Shown here in pieces: positions 38,057 to 47,918 of a stretch of DNA of 64,000 nucleotides (positions are counted from its first letter, which is position 1; each line of letters begins with the position of its first letter). A model generated the notes under the pieces. The model saw only the letters and a list, made by a program, of their open reading frames with translations, made no database searches and was not told the DNA's origin. The DNA is from a virus, in the IMG/VR virus record IMGVR_UViG_3300042867_001289, positions 1 through 64,000 of that record. One strand, given 5' to 3'. Position numbers and translations under genes: made by a program.

Positions 38057-38323
38057 GACCAAAGGGGAGTGGGGCGCAAGCCTCACTCCCCAAAGTCGCG
38101 CCCACACTTCTCCGCCCCGCTACGAGAACCCCTGGAACCAAAGAAAAGCAAAGCCCCGGCCCCCCAATCCGCCCCCCAAAGCTGCACCCCTTTGGAAGCC
38201 CCGGCCCCAATCTTCCCCCCAAAAATTTGCACCCCTTTTTGGTGAGTATCGGGGCTTGTGGGTTTTTTGTAGCTGCCCCTTTCGGGACTGCTGGGGTTGG
38301 GGAGGCTTGCGCCCCCCCTTCCC

Positions 38324-38455
38324 TCAGTTCCACGGTGCGTTGCGTTCCGCAACCTCCTCGGCGCTCATCTCGTCCGAGATGTGTTGGTTCTTGACCAACT
38401 CCCACTCGGCCATCAGGATGGCATGAAACCTTGCGTCAACCTCTTCGTCAGACAC
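38324..38455 (-). CDS. 43-aa acidic peptide
   Basis: GTG start, MSDEEVDARF..APWN; not in track. Confidence 0.7.
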   Translation of the reverse strand: MSDEEVDARFHAILMAEWELVKNQHISDEMSAEEVAERNAPWN

Positions 38456-38740
38456 TTAGTGTCCCCTCTCTTTGTGGTGAGTACCTATTATGCACACACC
38501 TTGCCCCATCCTGTCAAGTCAATAGAACAAGTTTCTTTGAGGCCGTTCTAGGCGTGCAATCGGGAACCCGCTACAAGTACCGCCGAGAACCGAGAACGCG
38601 CCGGAAACGCGCTTGTGAGCGTTCTGGGCGCAATATCCCCTAGACACTTAGCCTCACAAATAAACCTGCAATAAAGACTTGACAAGGTAGGGGAAGGTGT
38701 GCGCATAATAGTGTCTCACCAAGCGACAAGGAGTTGCGCA

Positions 38741-38941
38741 ATGCATAACAACATAACCGCTCTAGCGTTGGCACTGAATCAGTGTGACCGCTGCGAAGAG
38801 TGGGTCCTAGAATCGCTCACTAGCGATTACAGCGGGGACGGGGAAGTGTGCGAGCTTTGCTACGACCAAAGCGTTGAGGACTCGCACGAATGGCAAGCAT
38901 TCTGCGACGACCACAGAAGGGGAGGCTGGACCACGGGATGA
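38741..38941 (+). CDS. Small acidic CxxC protein
   Basis: CDRC..CELC..DHRRGG; paralog of 44100..44279. Confidence 0.8.
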   Translation: MHNNITALALALNQCDRCEEWVLESLTSDYSGDGEVCELCYDQSVEDSHEWQAFCDDHRRGGWTTG

Positions 38942-39147
38942 GCAAAGGGGGCCGAAAGGCCCCCAAACCCGCGCACCGCCTTATGCGTCCCGCACCCAGA
39001 CTTCCACCAAAATAATCTCGGGGCTCACAAATATCAAACCCCTGGCGACCCGCTCATCACCAAAGCCCCGGCCCCCCGAAACCGATTTCTGAGACCTCCT
39101 CGGTTTCGGGACTGCGAAACCGGTGGAGGGCCGAAGCCCCCCCTTGC

Positions 39148-39378
39148 TCAGTTCCACGGTGCGGCAGCCTCAGCGGGCGGCAGCATCGCATCGCTAACGT
39201 GCGCACGCCTGCGTCGGGCAAGCTCAGCGGCAAGCTCAGCCGCTTCGACCTGACGAGTGGTCTCGGCAGCCTCAGCCGCCTCAAGCTCGGCAGCCTTGCG
39301 TAGCAAGGCCCTGACCATCACTGCAAGCCCTGCGAAGGCCACTGACCATTGCAGGATGAACGGTATCCAGTCTCTCAT
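39148..39378 (-). CDS. Small membrane-anchored protein
   Basis: N-terminal TM, Ala/Glu helix, ends APWN like 38324..38455. Confidence 0.7.
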   Translation of the reverse strand: MRDWIPFILQWSVAFAGLAVMVRALLRKAAELEAAEAAETTRQVEAAELAAELARRRRAHVSDAMLPPAEAAAPWN

Positions 39379-39430
39379 GGTAACTCCTGTCCGTTGGTGA
39401 AACCTCAAAGCTACAGCATGGCCGATACCC

Positions 39431-39494
39431 TGTCAAGTCAATGCTACGGGCAGCCTGAGAACGGTCTCAGCTTCAGCAGTCAACCGATTTGACA
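39431..39494. promoter_or_regulatory. Bidirectional promoter core with central CTGAG-N6-CTCAG palindrome (representative)
   Basis: TGTCAA-18-CTGAGAACGGTCTCAG-18-TTGACA; similar at 41258, 42153, 43098, 44009, 44835, 45905, 46769, 48784, 49982, 50836, 51689. Confidence 0.9.
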
Positions 39495-39549
39495 GGCCCC
39501 ATTGCATGGTGTAAGGTATACATATCACCAAGAGCAAGGGAGCCAAGCA

Positions 39550-39657
39550 ATGACAAAGTCAGAACGTCGGGAAGCCCGCCACCGCGACCAATCAGTTCGC
39601 TGGGGAGGTGGCTACCGGCGAGATCAAAAGTCTCGCCAGTCGAAAGAACGCCGATAG
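39550..39657 (+). CDS. 35-aa basic peptide
   Basis: MTKSERREAR..GGYRRDQKSRQSKERR. Confidence 0.75.
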   Translation: MTKSERREARHRDQSVRWGGGYRRDQKSRQSKERR

Positions 39658-39927
39658 CGGCGAGGGGGCCGAAAGGCCCCCACCTTCGCGTACCGCTTTA
39701 CCAGTCCCGCACCCAAACTCGCCCCCAGACCCACCCCCCCCTTTTTTTGTAACCTCGGGGCTCACCTGGCTATCAAAAGAGGGACAAGCCCCGACCCCCA
39801 AACTTTGCCCCCAAAATCTGCGCCCCCTTTTTTGCGAGGTGATCGGTTTCGGGGCTGCAAAATCAACGTGGAGTTGGACCAGCGGGGCCAACGGGAAGGG
39901 GGAGGCCGAAGCCCCCCCCTTTTCCGG

Positions 39928-40119
39928 CTACCACCATTTGGTGGGGTCGGTACCCAGTGGGTACCATGTGACCTCCGCAAACGGGATGGTGCCGCTAGAA
40001 CCGTCATCCGACCACACAACCGGTACTCCGATTGTTGGGTCGTCCAGATTGGTGATGAAGGCCGTAAGGCCGATCCTTCCCGACCTGTCGGCTACCTCTG
40101 TGTCGTTTCGGATGTGCAT
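39928..40119 (-). CDS. Small hypothetical protein
   Basis: Own promoter, RBS GAGGAG. Confidence 0.7.
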   Translation of the reverse strand: MHIRNDTEVADRSGRIGLTAFITNLDDPTIGVPVVWSDDGSSGTIPFAEVTWYPLGTDPTKWW

Positions 40120-40411
40120 GACTAACTCCTCATTGCTTGGTGAAACACTGAACTTACACCCTAGGGCCGAGGCTGTCAAGTCAATACAACAAGTTTCTGT
40201 GATGCGATTCTAGGCGTACAACCCCTTGACGGGTGCTAGCACCGCCAGAATCCGTAAACGTGCCTAGAACGCGCTCACAATGGCCCTAGCGGCAATACCC
40301 CCTAGACACTCGGCATCCTAGGCGGTCGGCAGTCGGCATGAAATAAAGACTTGACAAGGGTATGGGCAGGGTGTAAGGTAAGTACATCACCAAGCAGAGA
40401 GGGACCCGCAC

Positions 40412-40594
40412 ATGTGGGAAGTAATCAAGCACGCCCGTATCGAATGCCACGACTGTCAGTGCATGACAACCGTTGCCGATATGGGAACCATCTACCTAGG
40501 CTACACCTTCGAACTCGGCGGAGAGGAAATACAAGCCACCGCCTTCGCATGCAAGTCATGCCAATGGGACCGCTGGGAAGTGGAGTACGACTGA
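40412..40594 (+). CDS. Small CxxC protein
   Basis: CHDC..CKSC. Confidence 0.75.
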   Translation: MWEVIKHARIECHDCQCMTTVADMGTIYLGYTFELGGEEIQATAFACKSCQWDRWEVEYD

Positions 40595-40783
40595 GACAAC
40601 GGGGGCCGAAAGGCCCCCACAGTCGCGCCCGCACTCGCATGCGTCCCGCACCCTGGAACCAGGAACAAAACAAACAACAGCCCCGCCCCCCAGTCTCACC
40701 CCAAAACCCTGGCCCCTTTTCAGAAATCTCGGGGCTCACAAACATTGTCATTCCACGCCCCAGCGGGACCCGGAAGGGGAGGG

Positions 40784-40876
40784 TCAGTCCTTCCACTTCC
40801 TGACCCACCGCTCGTTCCAGAGTGCCAGCGCACCCATACTCACTGCCCATCCTGTAGCTATTGCTAGGTATGTCAT
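40784..40876 (-). CDS. 30-aa membrane peptide
   Basis: Own promoter and RBS; single TM. Confidence 0.6.
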   Translation of the reverse strand: MTYLAIATGWAVSMGALALWNERWVRKWKD

Positions 40877-40973
40877 TGCTTGGCTCCTGTTCCTTGGTGA
40901 AACACTATTGTACCATACACCTTGCACCTTGTCAAGTCGAAAGGCGAGTGACCGTAGCCACCCGCCTAACAAC

Positions 40974-41183
40974 TCACTCAGCTAACGCCGGTTCTCCCGA
41001 CATTTTTCGCATAACCGCTGTCAGCCGCTCGTATGCGTCGATCAACTCTAGCCCCTGCTCCGGGCTGTAGTTCACGTTGCTCCCGTCCTGTAGCTGCACT
41101 GCCATAAGCTCAGTCGCTTCGATAATAAGCTCCGAAGCTCTGAAGCACTTCTGGAGTGCCGTCCAGTCTTTCTTCTGGTCCAT
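40974..41183 (-). CDS. Small hypothetical protein
   Basis: Own promoter and leader. Confidence 0.7.
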   Translation of the reverse strand: MDQKKDWTALQKCFRASELIIEATELMAVQLQDGSNVNYSPEQGLELIDAYERLTAVMRKMSGEPALAE

Positions 41184-41349
41184 GATGACCTTTCTTTGTA
41201 GGTGAAACACTATTCTTGCACACTGCAGGGCACAATGCAAATCGTGCTACAGGCAACCTGAGAGGCCCCTCAGACAACCCGCACGGTGGAATTGACAAAC
41301 TGCACCCTACATGCAATACTAGTGTTTCACCAACCAGCAAGGAGCCACA

Positions 41350-41469
41350 ATGGACAACGACAATTCAGACAATGACGACCTCACCACCTCAGAGATCGAA
41401 GAGATGTTACTCGTCATTGAAATGTTCAAAGAAATCGAAGCGGGAACCCCACCCGCACGAACCGAGTAA
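41350..41469 (+). CDS. 39-aa acidic peptide
   Basis: MDNDNSDNDDLTTSEIEEML..; hairpin GGGCCACCC-GCAA-GGGTGGCCC. Confidence 0.7.
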   Translation: MDNDNSDNDDLTTSEIEEMLLVIEMFKEIEAGTPPARTE

Positions 41470-41518
41470 CAGAAAGGGCCACCCGCAAGGGTGGCCCTTC
41501 TGCCCATCCACGGGACTA

Positions 41519-41779
41519 TCAGATAGTAACAACATTCCCAGGCGGGACTAACGCAACACGATGAGTCTCAACCCAACGCTCACCAGTCCCGGCAACAGGA
41601 GTCACCAACAGGTCAAGATGCCCGAAGCGAAGCCGTGCCTCGACAACGTTGACAGAAATCTGCAGGTCTTCCATCTTCATGACGCCTGACATGCCCCGCA
41701 AGGCTGCGATGTCTTCGGCGGTGATCTTCTTGTTATCGCCGTGTTCGTCCCGGGTTGAAAAGATTGTTCTTGTTGACAT
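41519..41779 (-). CDS. Small hypothetical protein
   Basis: Own promoter, RBS AGGAG. Confidence 0.7.
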   Translation of the reverse strand: MSTRTIFSTRDEHGDNKKITAEDIAALRGMSGVMKMEDLQISVNVVEARLRFGHLDLLVTPVAGTGERWVETHRVALVPPGNVVTI

Positions 41780-41909
41780 TTGTTCTCCTAATAGTTGGTA
41801 GGTCTGTACCTTACAGGGTGTTGGTGGCTGTGTCAAATCGGTGGTATCGAACTTGGGATCAGCTGTCGGGACTGCGGAGAGAGGGAGGGCTTTCGCCCCC
41901 CCCTCAGGG

Positions 41910-42074
41910 TCACTCTGAGCGGAACCCCTCTTCTTGCGAGATTTCACATCGCCAGTCCCAGATCAGGCGCTCTTTCTCAAGCTTGGCGGCTCTCGTCATC
42001 TCGTCGATGCGATCCTGCCACTCTTGGTATCCTCCCTGAACCCACAGGGCCGACAGTTCTAGTTCGTTTAGCAT
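41910..42074 (-). CDS. 54-aa hypothetical protein
   Basis: MLNELELSALWVQGG..; not in track. Confidence 0.65.
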   Translation of the reverse strand: MLNELELSALWVQGGYQEWQDRIDEMTRAAKLEKERLIWDWRCEISQEEGFRSE

Positions 42075-42243
42075 TTCGTCCTCCTCGGACTTGTTGGTGA
42101 AACACTATTATTGCACACTGTACGGCGCAATGCAAATCGGATCATCGGCAACCTGAGAACAGTCTCAGGGAACCCATACGGTAAGCTTGACAGACTGCAC
42201 CCTGTATGGCATACTGGAGTCTCACCAACGAACAGGAGCAGTT

Positions 42244-42414
42244 ATGAATGACCTAGATATGATGATGGCGCTATGCGGCCAGCCAACAGCCGCAGAGACC
42301 GCACAAGAAGCACTGAGCTTCCTGCTCGTGGCTTGCGCAGTCGCAGGGCCAGCAAACAACGAGGAGCTAATCCTCGCAGCAAACATGCTCGCTGACGCAA
42401 TCAACAACCTCTAA
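42244..42414 (+). CDS. Small helical protein
   Basis: Own promoter, RBS, hairpin. Confidence 0.7.
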   Translation: MNDLDMMMALCGQPTAAETAQEALSFLLVACAVAGPANNEELILAANMLADAINNL

Positions 42415-42476
42415 GCGACAAGGGGGGGGGCCGCAAGGCCTCCCCCTTTTGCGCGCACCCACTTCTGCGTCCCGCC

Positions 42477-42707
42477 CTAGAAAAGCGTTTCCGTTTGCGG
42501 CGGGGCCTTCAACTTCTTCAACATCATACAAGTCTTACACATCCACCCCATCGGGGCTGTCGGCAAAGCCACAGCGTGAGCGCCACCGCCCTTACGGTTC
42601 TCAACCCAGCCAGTCACCTTCTTCCAGGTGCCCCGCTCTTTGGGGTTGATTTCCATTCCGCATTCTTCGCAAGTAAATAGTGGTGGGAGTCCCGATGTGT
42701 TTTTCAT
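42477..42707 (-). CDS. Small basic CxxC protein, probably leaderless
   Basis: CEEC..CKTC; TTGACT..TACAAT just upstream. Confidence 0.7.
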   Translation of the reverse strand: MKNTSGLPPLFTCEECGMEINPKERGTWKKVTGWVENRKGGGAHAVALPTAPMGWMCKTCMMLKKLKAPPQTETLF

Positions 42708-42802
42708 ACTTGGAATTGTACCAGCCCCAAACCCGTAAGTCAAGGATATATTTGAGCGTGGCGGGACGCATGAGAGGGGGGAGGGTCTCGCCCTCCCCTG
42801 TC

Positions 42803-43021
42803 TCACTCCGCGGTGTAAACCTCGATCACTCGCCCGCCGAATGGCAAGAGCCATACGGTGCCGAGGAAGGTCTCTACCCCGTCCGTCTCTAGGGCCGCCG
42901 TGGGGTCCCCATGAGAGTCACGCTTGCTAGGTATACCCACCGTGTAGGTAGCCTCACCCCTAGCGTCCTCCCAAAGGATGACCCTTTGAGCGTCTTGTTG
43001 CCAATCATTCAATGTTTGCAT
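42803..43021 (-). CDS. Small hypothetical protein
   Basis: Own promoter and leader. Confidence 0.7.
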   Translation of the reverse strand: MQTLNDWQQDAQRVILWEDARGEATYTVGIPSKRDSHGDPTAALETDGVETFLGTVWLLPFGGRVIEVYTAE

Positions 43022-43188
43022 TGCACTGCCTTTCATTAGGTGATGACACTAGTATGGCATACACCTTACACCTTGTCAAATGCTAGCTGAGAACATCCTG
43101 AGAACGCCCTCAGACAAACCATACGGTGCATTTGACAGATTGCACCCTACATGGCATACTAGTGTTTCACCAAACGACAGGAGTTACA

Positions 43189-43401
43189 GTGACAAACAGA
43201 AACGACATAGTAGGAATGTGGCGGGCAGCCTGCCAAGCTGACCCAAGCTTTGACGAGCCGCTAGAAGAGTGGCTAGACCAATGGGAATGGCAACAGCAAG
43301 CCGTTCGCAAAGTGCAGGACGCATGGGGAGTGCAGGATAGTGATATCCCACCCGCATGGTTCGATCCCACGCTCTGTGGTGAGAGCTGGGATGGCGAATG
43401 A
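43189..43401 (+). CDS. Small acidic Trp-rich protein
   Basis: GTG after AGGAG. Confidence 0.7.
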   Translation: MTNRNDIVGMWRAACQADPSFDEPLEEWLDQWEWQQQAVRKVQDAWGVQDSDIPPAWFDPTLCGESWDGE

Positions 43402-43653
43402 GTTGAGGGGGGCTACGGCCCCCCACCTCTTCGCGCCCGCACTTATGCGCCCCGCTACGAGAAGCTGCGCTAAGAACAACCAGGAGCCCCGCTAAATCAC
43501 TTCACCAAGCAGTGAAGATCACAGCCCCGCCCCCAATTTCCCCCCAAAGCCTGACCCCTTTCTAAATTTCGGGGCTTTGGGACAACATGGGCACACACCC
43601 CTATCGGGACTGCGGAGGCGGGGGAAGGGCCGTAGCCCTTCCCCCCTTTTCCG

Positions 43654-43932
43654 TTAGCCGATTTCGCTGGCCATGATGGTCAGCTTTGCTGCCAACAGCT
43701 TGAGAGCCTCAGCCTGATCAGCTAGAGAGCCTTTCAGGAAGATGTTTGTGAAGGTTTTCTCTGCCGGGAAAGAGATTGACACAAACGGCTCAACGCGATC
43801 CCCCTTCACGAGGGTAATTGTTGCGTCTCTGACGGCTTCACGATCAACCCCGTGGATGTTGACGCTACCGTCAACATTGATGGACTTGATTTGGTCGCCT
43901 ACTGTCATGTAGGCGGTTGCGGATGTACTCAT
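43654..43932 (-). CDS. Hypothetical protein
   Basis: Own promoter and RBS. Confidence 0.7.
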   Translation of the reverse strand: MSTSATAYMTVGDQIKSINVDGSVNIHGVDREAVRDATITLVKGDRVEPFVSISFPAEKTFTNIFLKGSLADQAEALKLLAAKLTIMASEIG

Positions 43933-44099
43933 GCTCTCTCCTTGTTGGTTGGTGTACTGCAACTGTACTCTATAGGGTGTACCCCGTCAAATCGTAGCTA
44001 CAGCGAACCTGAGACCGCTCTCAGCTGCCGCTCATACTCGATTTGCATTGTGCTTTGTACTGTGCAATAATAGTGTTTCACCAACAGGAAAGAGCAGAC

Positions 44100-44279
44100 A
44101 TGCCAAACACACTCAACCGCTGCGATCAGTGTGAGGAACTCGTGCCAGAGGAACTCACAGAGGATGTCTACGGAAACGGGTTCTACTACTGCGATGAGTG
44201 CCACTACATCGACGTAGATGACGCTAGCGAGTGGGCGCAATTCGTCCACGACCACCGCCGAGGAGGTTACCTCGGCTAA
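44100..44279 (+). CDS. Small acidic CxxC protein
   Basis: CDQC..CDEC..DHRRGG. Confidence 0.8.
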   Translation: MPNTLNRCDQCEELVPEELTEDVYGNGFYYCDECHYIDVDDASEWAQFVHDHRRGGYLG

Positions 44280-44426
44280 GCGAAGGGGGGCCGCAAGGCC
44301 TCCCGCATTCGCGTTCCCACGGGGCTCCCACATACACGGCCACCCCAGGCGTCCCGCACCAAAAACTTGCACTCCACGCTATCGGGGCTGCGGGGAAGGT
44401 CCCACCCTTTCAGGTGGGACCCGCTC

Positions 44427-44759
44427 TCAGCCCCAGACCACATCCGTTTCGAGAACGTCCGCGAGCCTTGCGACTGCGATGACTTCCTTGACTCGCATTG
44501 CTGCCACGTTGATGAGTTGGCCGCCCGGAAATTGCACCGGAGGACACTCCGAAGCCTTAGAGAGAGCCTCGTCGGCATTGTCGAGCAGTACTGACGGAGC
44601 GCATTCGCCTTCTGCTTCGTCTCCGGGCATTGCACAGAGGCCGAAGAAGGCCATTGTGGTTACCCATGAGCTATAGCCCATTGAGGCTGGCTCAAAGCCT
44701 TCTGATGCGAGAGCATCGTACTGGCTTCTGGTTACTGATGGTTGGATTTGGACTCCCAT
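44427..44759 (-). CDS. Hypothetical protein
   Basis: Own promoter and hairpin. Confidence 0.7.
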   Translation of the reverse strand: MGVQIQPSVTRSQYDALASEGFEPASMGYSSWVTTMAFFGLCAMPGDEAEGECAPSVLLDNADEALSKASECPPVQFPGGQLINVAAMRVKEVIAVARLADVLETDVVWG

Positions 44760-44924
44760 TGGTAGGGCCTTTCGTTAGGTGAGATACCATTATGGCATGT
44801 ACCCTGCACCTTGTCAAGTGTTGTCTGTGAGCGACTGAGGATTATCTCAGGTTGCCATGGCATGGGCTTGACAGACTGCACCCTATAGGGCATAATAGTG
44901 TTTCACCAACAAGAAAGGCCCACC

Positions 44925-45086
44925 ATGGAAACCTACTACGAATACGAAGAGGATCAGTACCTCGCCGAACATGTCGACTGGATGGACGACTACGAAAGCG
45001 AAACACGCGACGAAGATGACTACGAAGAGTGGTGCTACGACTACTGCGAACAACGGGAGCCGGATGGCGACTGGGAATGCGACTGA
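44925..45086 (+). CDS. 53-aa extremely acidic, aromatic-rich peptide
   Basis: METYYEYEEDQYLAEHVDWMDDYESE.. Confidence 0.75.
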   Translation: METYYEYEEDQYLAEHVDWMDDYESETRDEDDYEEWCYDYCEQREPDGDWECD

Positions 45087-45423
45087 GTCAACGGGGGGAC
45101 TTCGGTCCCCCCAACCCAACCAAAGGAGGAAACGTAAAAAACGCCGCCGACTGGCGGAGAACAGACTGCGAGTCCACACCGGAAATTGACCTACCGGGGC
45201 TTCACGCCGAAACGGGGATGTGGCGCACAATGGAGTTCAACCAGTCACCAGGGGGCCGCAAGGCCCCCACTTTTCTATTCCCCAGCCCCGCTGAATCTTT
45301 CACACAAATCTGTTCACGGGGCTAAATAGCAAAAGCCTTTCGGCCCCCTGCACCGGTCACCACCAGTGCAGGGGAAGGGACTCGCTTCACAACAGCGGGT
45401 GAAGCAGAGCCCCGCCTGACCCC

Positions 45424-45639
45424 TTAGCTCTTGGCTAAGAGGTCACGGATATGGTCAGAGTTCGCAGGTGGAACTTCGTTGAACCCGTTCCCCTCTGTCT
45501 GATACAGGATGCGAGTAATTTCGTGGTGAAGGTAATCTGCGATTACTTGCGCAGCCTTTGGGTTATCTGGCAGTAGAGACTCTATGGCCTCATTGCCTAG
45601 GGTTACTAGGTTGATTATGTTTCGGGCTGGAGTTGCCAT
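45424..45639 (-). CDS. Small hypothetical protein
   Basis: Own promoter and leader. Confidence 0.7.
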   Translation of the reverse strand: MATPARNIINLVTLGNEAIESLLPDNPKAAQVIADYLHHEITRILYQTEGNGFNEVPPANSDHIRDLLAKS

Positions 45640-45996
45640 GTTTGTTCTTTCTGTTAGGTGATGAGTGTAAGTGTACACCCTAGGTGATGTCTTGTCAAGT
45701 TGTTGCGGGTCGCGCCCCTATGCCTAGGAACACAACCCGCCTACCGTACCGTCAAGCCCTGCAAATAGGCTCAAGAGGCTATAAAGCAATATAGACTCGA
45801 TTAGTACGAACCCCTCACTATTGCTTTGCACACAAACGGTGAGGTAACAACGAACACTATTATTGCACACTATAGGCCACAACGCAAATCACGCTACAAG
45901 CAACCTGAGAGAGTTCTTAGACAACTCACGCAGTGGAGTTGACAGACTGCAAGGTGTATGGCATACTAGTGTTTCACCAACGAACAGGAGAAACAA

Positions 45997-46233
45997 ATGA
46001 TAGACATCAAAATTTGCTCAGACTGCGCAATGTGGGTAGCCAACCTCGATGACTCAGCAGTCGACAATGACGACAGAGGCAACGAGTACCGCCAACGCCG
46101 TGACGAAGGCCTAGAGTCCTTCAGCGGCTGCGTTGTGGTCAATATGGACGACGACGGCTACGGCTTCACTCATAACGGCTGCGACATATGCGGCCAGACT
46201 GGTCACCACGGCATCAGCGCCACAGTGTTCTGA
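45997..46233 (+). CDS. Small acidic CxxC protein
   Basis: CSDC..CDIC. Confidence 0.75.
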   Translation: MIDIKICSDCAMWVANLDDSAVDNDDRGNEYRQRRDEGLESFSGCVVVNMDDDGYGFTHNGCDICGQTGHHGISATVF

Positions 46234-46403
46234 GAGAACGGGAGAGGGGCGAAAGCCTCCCTCCCACTTTCTCGCGCCCACGGGACCCCCGCCACCCCCG
46301 ACAACCGGCACGCCCCGCACACAACAAAAGTCAAGTCCACTCAACAAAAGTCAAGCAACGGGGCCAGCAAGCTGGGGAAGGCCGTAGCCCTCCCCTTGCT
46401 CAC

Positions 46404-46691
46404 TCACCAGCCTCTCACGACTATCGAACCGTCACCGACTTCGACGACCGTTGTGTTGTGTCCTAGTTCTTCTAGGCTGTCGATCTCGTGGCCGGTGTCT
46501 TCAACGTACTCCTCAAAAGAGTCGTAGACGGCATAATCGCAGCGAAAACCAATGGGATCTAGTTCGATCCCTGGCTCATCAGCGAAGGTGTCTTCTAGGT
46601 AGTTGAAGAAGGCCACCGCTGCGTTGTAGGGCCAGTCAGCGAATTGCCGCATGGCTTGAGCGAAGTCTGATTCTGAAACTGTCTGATACAT
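46404..46691 (-). CDS. Acidic MYQ-family protein (paralog 1)
   Basis: MYQTVSESDFAQ..IELDPIGFRC. Confidence 0.8.
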   Translation of the reverse strand: MYQTVSESDFAQAMRQFADWPYNAAVAFFNYLEDTFADEPGIELDPIGFRCDYAVYDSFEEYVEDTGHEIDSLEELGHNTTVVEVGDGSIVVRGW

Positions 46692-46858
46692 GTTGACTCT
46701 TTCTGTTAGGTGATAGGTACAACTATATAGGCTAGGTTGCTTGCCGTCAAATTGACTATAAGAGTTTCCTGAGAGCCGACTCAGCCTCACTCTAGCTACC
46801 GCTTGACAAGGTGCAACCTACATGGCATAATAGAGTTTCACCAACAAGGGAGCCACCA

Positions 46859-46978
46859 ATGAATGCAAATTTGATCAACATCGACTGGGTAAACCAGTTC
46901 AGCGCAGTTCAACAGTTCGGAGCAGGACTAATCATAGCGTCCACAATCCTCTCAATCGACTGGCTAAGAAAGCGGTAA
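46859..46978 (+). CDS. 39-aa membrane peptide
   Basis: Own promoter, RBS, hairpin; not in track. Confidence 0.6.
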   Translation: MNANLINIDWVNQFSAVQQFGAGLIIASTILSIDWLRKR

Positions 46979-47170
46979 CCGGAAGGGGGCGCAAGCCCTC
47001 TGTTCCCGCACGCCCCGCCACCCCAAACCCCTGGTCTCAGCAACGGGGCTCACCCACATCTTCCAGATAGCCACCTCACACATTTCAGGTAGCTACGTCC
47101 CGCCCGGATTGTTTGAACCTGGGCTATCGGGGCTGACGAAGCGGGAGAGGCCGAAGCCCCTCCCAGTCGC

Positions 47171-47479
47171 TCACCATTCTTGGACGACGATTGAACCGTC
47201 TCCAACCTCTAGAACTAGGGTGTGTTCTGCTAGTTCTTCGATGTTGGCGACGTTGTCGTGGCCGTAGTCGCTCTTGTAAGCGTCGAAACTAGCGTGGACA
47301 CTGTAGGCACACCGGAAGGCGATGGGGTCTAGTTCGACCCCTGTGTCACCTTGACCGTAGCCAACTTCCCCGGCTACCTCTTCGATGTAGTCGAAGAGTA
47401 CAACCGAGGCGCTATAGGGCCAGTCTGCGAATTCTCGCATGACTTGGGCAAAGTCTGATTCTGTTACGTTCTGGTACAT
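47171..47479 (-). CDS. Acidic MYQ-family protein (paralog 2)
   Basis: MYQNVTESDFAQ..VELDPIAFRC. Confidence 0.8.
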   Translation of the reverse strand: MYQNVTESDFAQVMREFADWPYSASVVLFDYIEEVAGEVGYGQGDTGVELDPIAFRCAYSVHASFDAYKSDYGHDNVANIEELAEHTLVLEVGDGSIVVQEW

Positions 47480-47702
47480 GTTGGCTCTTTCTGTTAGGTG
47501 ATAAGTGCAACTATACTTGACAGGTGCCACCCTGTCAAATTTAGGTGCATGAAACCTGAAGCCTTTCTCAGTTTGTTCTCTGTTCGTGACCTCCGAAACA
47601 GAGAACAGATTAGCTAAGAGCGTTCTCAGCTAGCCGACACGAAGACTTGACGCCTTGCACCCTATAAGCTACAATGATGTTTCACCTAACGAAAGGCAAA
47701 CA

Positions 47703-47918
47703 ATGAACCTAGACAAAGAAATATGGGAAGGGTGGACAGTCGCCGACTACGTCGGAGAACTTGAACCACTATTTGACATGATCATGAGCAACGGATCATG
47801 GCAGAAACCCTTCACCTCAAAGGCGCAAGTCAAAGAATGGTGCATGGACAACCAGCCCGGATACAAAAAGAACATCCCAGACGTCGTCAACTACCTCTGG
47901 GGGAAAACCTGCAACTAG
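47703..47918 (+). CDS. Small hypothetical protein
   Basis: IWEGWTV..WCMDNQPGYKK. Confidence 0.75.
   Translation: MNLDKEIWEGWTVADYVGELEPLFDMIMSNGSWQKPFTSKAQVKEWCMDNQPGYKKNIPDVVNYLWGKTCN

Noticed and set aside
39455-39470. Palindrome as a canonical CRP/GlxR site
   Set aside because: Geometry is similar but the arms are CTGAG/CTCAG, not TGTGA/TCACA.
35460-45325. Pro/Gly/Arg-rich ORFs spanning the spacers (e.g. 36059..36496, 37963..38394, 39608..40213)
   Set aside because: They read through C-tract spacers and hairpins and lack the promoter-leader-RBS signature.
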